In this document: piece after piece, positions 37,001-39,432 of the stretch
Position numbering within the stretch: the first letter of the stretch is position 1
Layout: each line of letters opens with the position of its first letter
Source: Vicugna vicugna
Lineage: Eukaryota
Length of the DNA: 39,432 bases
Assembly: GCA_013265495.1 (NCBI GenBank)
Contig: MU057795.1
Span: forward strand, 1-39,432
Direction: 5' to 3'
Notes under the pieces: generated by a model
Databases searched by the model: none
What the model was told of the DNA's origin: nothing
Seen by the model: only the letters and a program-made list of their open reading frames with translations
Position numbers and translations under genes: made by a program

Positions 37001-39432
37001 GGAACACAAAGTTTCTCTTCAGTTGAAAACTCCACTCCATACATATATATGGGTAGGTTCAAGCTCCAGGTCCGTTTTATAGTGAAAAATGCAGGAATTT
37101 CAAACCGGCACTAGGAAACACACTGAGAAACCAGAATGAGTGTTTCTCCTGCAACCAGTTCCGTTTGTGCTATGTGAACGAACGTCTCTCCACATGCGCT
37201 GTTCTGAGAGATAAGCATGTGTGAAAGCCAGCCTTCTCCTAGCTTGTTGGGAACACAAAGTTTCTCTTCAGTTGCAAACTCCACTACATATGTATATGGG
37301 GAGGTACAGGCTCCAAGTCGCTTTTACAGTGAAAACTGCTGGAACTTCAAACCGGCACTAGGAAACACACTGAGAAACCTGAGTGAGTGTTTCTCCTGCA
37401 ACCAGTTCCCTTTGTGCTAGATGAACGAACGTCTCTCCAAACACTCACTTCTCATAGCTAAGCTTGTGTGAAAGCCTTACTTCACATTGATTGTTGGGAA
37501 CACAAAGTTTCTCTTCAGTTGCAAACTCCACTCCATGTATATATGGGGAGGGACAAGCTCCAAGTCGGTTTTACAATGAAAACTGCAGGAACTTCAAACC
37601 GGCCATAGGAAACAAACTGAGAAACAGAGTGAGTGTTTCTCCTATAACTCGTTCCCTTTGTGCTAGATGAACCAACGTCTCTCAACACGCTCAGTTCTGA
37701 GAGTTAAATGAGTGTGAGAGCCGTCCTTCACATTGCTTCTTTTGTACAAAAAGTTTCTCTTCAGTTGCATACTCCACTCCATACATATATATGGGGAGGT
37801 ACAATCTCAAAGTTGGATTTACAGTGAAAACTACAGGAACTTCAAAACGGCACTAGGAAACACACTGAGAAAACAGAATGAGTGTTTCCCCTGCAACCAG
37901 TTCCCCTTTTGCTTGATGAAATAAAGTCTCTCCACATGCTCAATTCATAGAATTAAGCGTGTGTGAAAGCCTCCCTTCACCTAGCTTGTTGGGAACACAA
38001 AGCTATACTTCAGTTGAAATCTCCACTCCATACATATATATGGGGAGGAACTAGCTCCAACTAGGTTTTACATTGAAACCTGCAGAATTTTCTAAGCCGC
38101 ATTAGGAAACACACTGAGATCCCAGAGTGAATGTTTCCCCTGCAACCGATTCCCTTTGTGCTAGATGAACGAACGATCTCCACATGATCCGTTCTGAAAG
38201 AAAAGCGTTTGTGAAAGCCGTCCTTCATATAGCTTGTTGGGAACACAAAGTTTCTCTTCAGTTGACAACTCCACTCCATACATATATATGGGTAGTTTCA
38301 AGCTCCAAGTCGGTTTTACAGTGAAAACTGCAGGAACTTCAAACCGGCACTAGGAAACACACAAGAACACAGAGTGTGTGTTTCTCCTACATCCCGTTCC
38401 CTTTGTGCTTGATGAACCAACGTTTCTCCACACGCACTGTTCTGTGAGTTAAACGAGTGTGAAAGACGTCCTTCACCTAGCTTGTTTTGTATACAAAGTT
38501 TCTCTTCAGTTGCATACCCCACTCCATACATATATATGGGGAGGTACAAACTCAAATTCGTATTTACAGTGAAAACTACAGGAACTTCAAAACAGCACTA
38601 GGAAACACACTGAGAAAACAGAGTGAGTGTTTCCCCTGCAAACAGTTCCCTTTTGCTTGGTGAAACAAAGTCTCTCCACATGCTCAATTCATAGAATTAA
38701 TCGTGTGTGAACGCCTCCCTTCAACTAGCTTGTTGGGAACACAAAGGTATACTTCAGTTGCAATATCCACTCCATAAATATATATGGGGAGGTACAAGCT
38801 CCAACTAGGATTTACTGTGAAAACTGCAGAATATTCAAAGCCGCATTAGGAAACACACTGAGATCCCAGAGTGAATGTTTCCCCTGCAAACCATTCCCTT
38901 TCTGCTAGATGAACGAACGTATCTCCACACGCTCAGATCTGACAGTTAAGTATGTGTGAATGCCGTTCTTCACCTAGCTTTTTGGGAACACAAAAATTTT
39001 TTGTTCGGTTTTAAACTCCACTGCATACATATATATGAGGAGGAACAAGCTCCAACTAGGATTTACAGTGAAACCTGCAGAATTTTCTAAGCCGCAAGGA
39101 AACACACTGAGATCCCAGAGTGAATGTTTCCCCTGCAAACCATTCCCTTTCTGCTAGATGAAGGAACGTCTCTCCACATGCTCAGTTCTGGGTGTCAATC
39201 GTGTGTGAAAGCCGTCCTTCACCTAGCTAGTTGGGAACACAAAGTTTCTCTTCAGTTGCAGTCTCCACTGCATACATATATATGGGGAGGAACAAGCTCC
39301 AACTAGGATTTACAGTGAAACCTGCAGAATTTTCTAAGCCGCAAGGAAACACACTGAGATCCCAGAGTGAATGTTTCCCCTTCAACACATTCCCTTTGTG
39401 CTAGATGAACGAAAGTTCTCCACATGATCCGT

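Larger units (their letters stand above)
1..39432 (+). repeat. Tandem satellite DNA array, 249-bp monomer, single orientation; probably (peri)centromeric or other heterochromatic eukaryotic satellite
   Basis: The CTAGA(T/A)GAA anchor recurs at 247, 496, 745, 994 and at 1492, 1741 (249-bp steps). The same motif order continues to the end of the window, with 247-248 bp variants from small deletions. The centromeric location is inference only. Confidence 0.98.
13751..39432 (+). repeat. Right subdomain: recurring diverged monomer types forming irregular higher-order cassettes
   Basis: Type markers: A = TTAAACGAGTG/TTTTGTACAC/AATCTCAAAG; B = CTTGATGAAA/AATTCATAG/AAGCCGCATTAGG/GAGATCCCAG; C = ATGATCCGTTCTG/AAAGCGTTTG/GGTTCAAG; D = GTGAATTCTGC/CACTATTAAAC. 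They recur in conserved order. Confidence 0.75.

Noticed and set aside
47..39306. More than 100 short ORFs with repeated peptide motifs (e.g. HSIHIYGEVQAPSRFYSENCRNFKPALGNTLRNQSECF)
   Set aside because: These are translations of the satellite. They occur in several frames on both strands, most stop within about one monomer, frameshifting indels are frequent, and no domain is recognisable.
1..39432. CRISPR-like or repeat-spacer array
   Set aside because: The entire 249-bp unit is repeated, with no unique spacers and no cas genes.

Overview
The whole window is one non-coding, head-to-tail satellite DNA array with three N gaps. It has about 158 monomer-lengths of a 249-bp unit (247-248 bp variants are common), all on the same strand. 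By-eye consensus: CTAGATGAACGAACGTCTCTCCACATGCTCAGTTCTGAGAGTTAAGCGTGTGTGAAAGCCGTCCTTCACCTAGCTTGTTGGGAACACAAAGTTTCTCTTCAGTTGCAAACTCCACTCCATACATATATATGGGGAGGTACAAGCTCCAAGTCGGTTTTACAGTGAAAACTGCAGGAACTTCAAACCGGCACTAGGAAACACACTGAGAAACCAGAGTGAGTGTTTCTCCTGCAACCCGTTCCCTTTGTG. I see no genes, RNA genes, transposon insertions, inversions or CRISPR, and the ORF track is an artefact of translating the repeat. The array changes subfamily near 13.75 kb: a mostly monomeric left domain gives way to a right domain of recurring ordered monomer types with irregular higher-order structure. The monomer looks like an old dimer of ~124-125 bp halves and is rich in dyad symmetry. It also shows a collinear motif resemblance to primate alpha satellite and degenerate or split CENP-B-box-like sequences. 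Several recent in-register and out-of-register duplications are visible, but some may be assembly artefacts because the scaffold is gapped. I cannot name the species or family, and I find no evidence of a novel protein-coding system.
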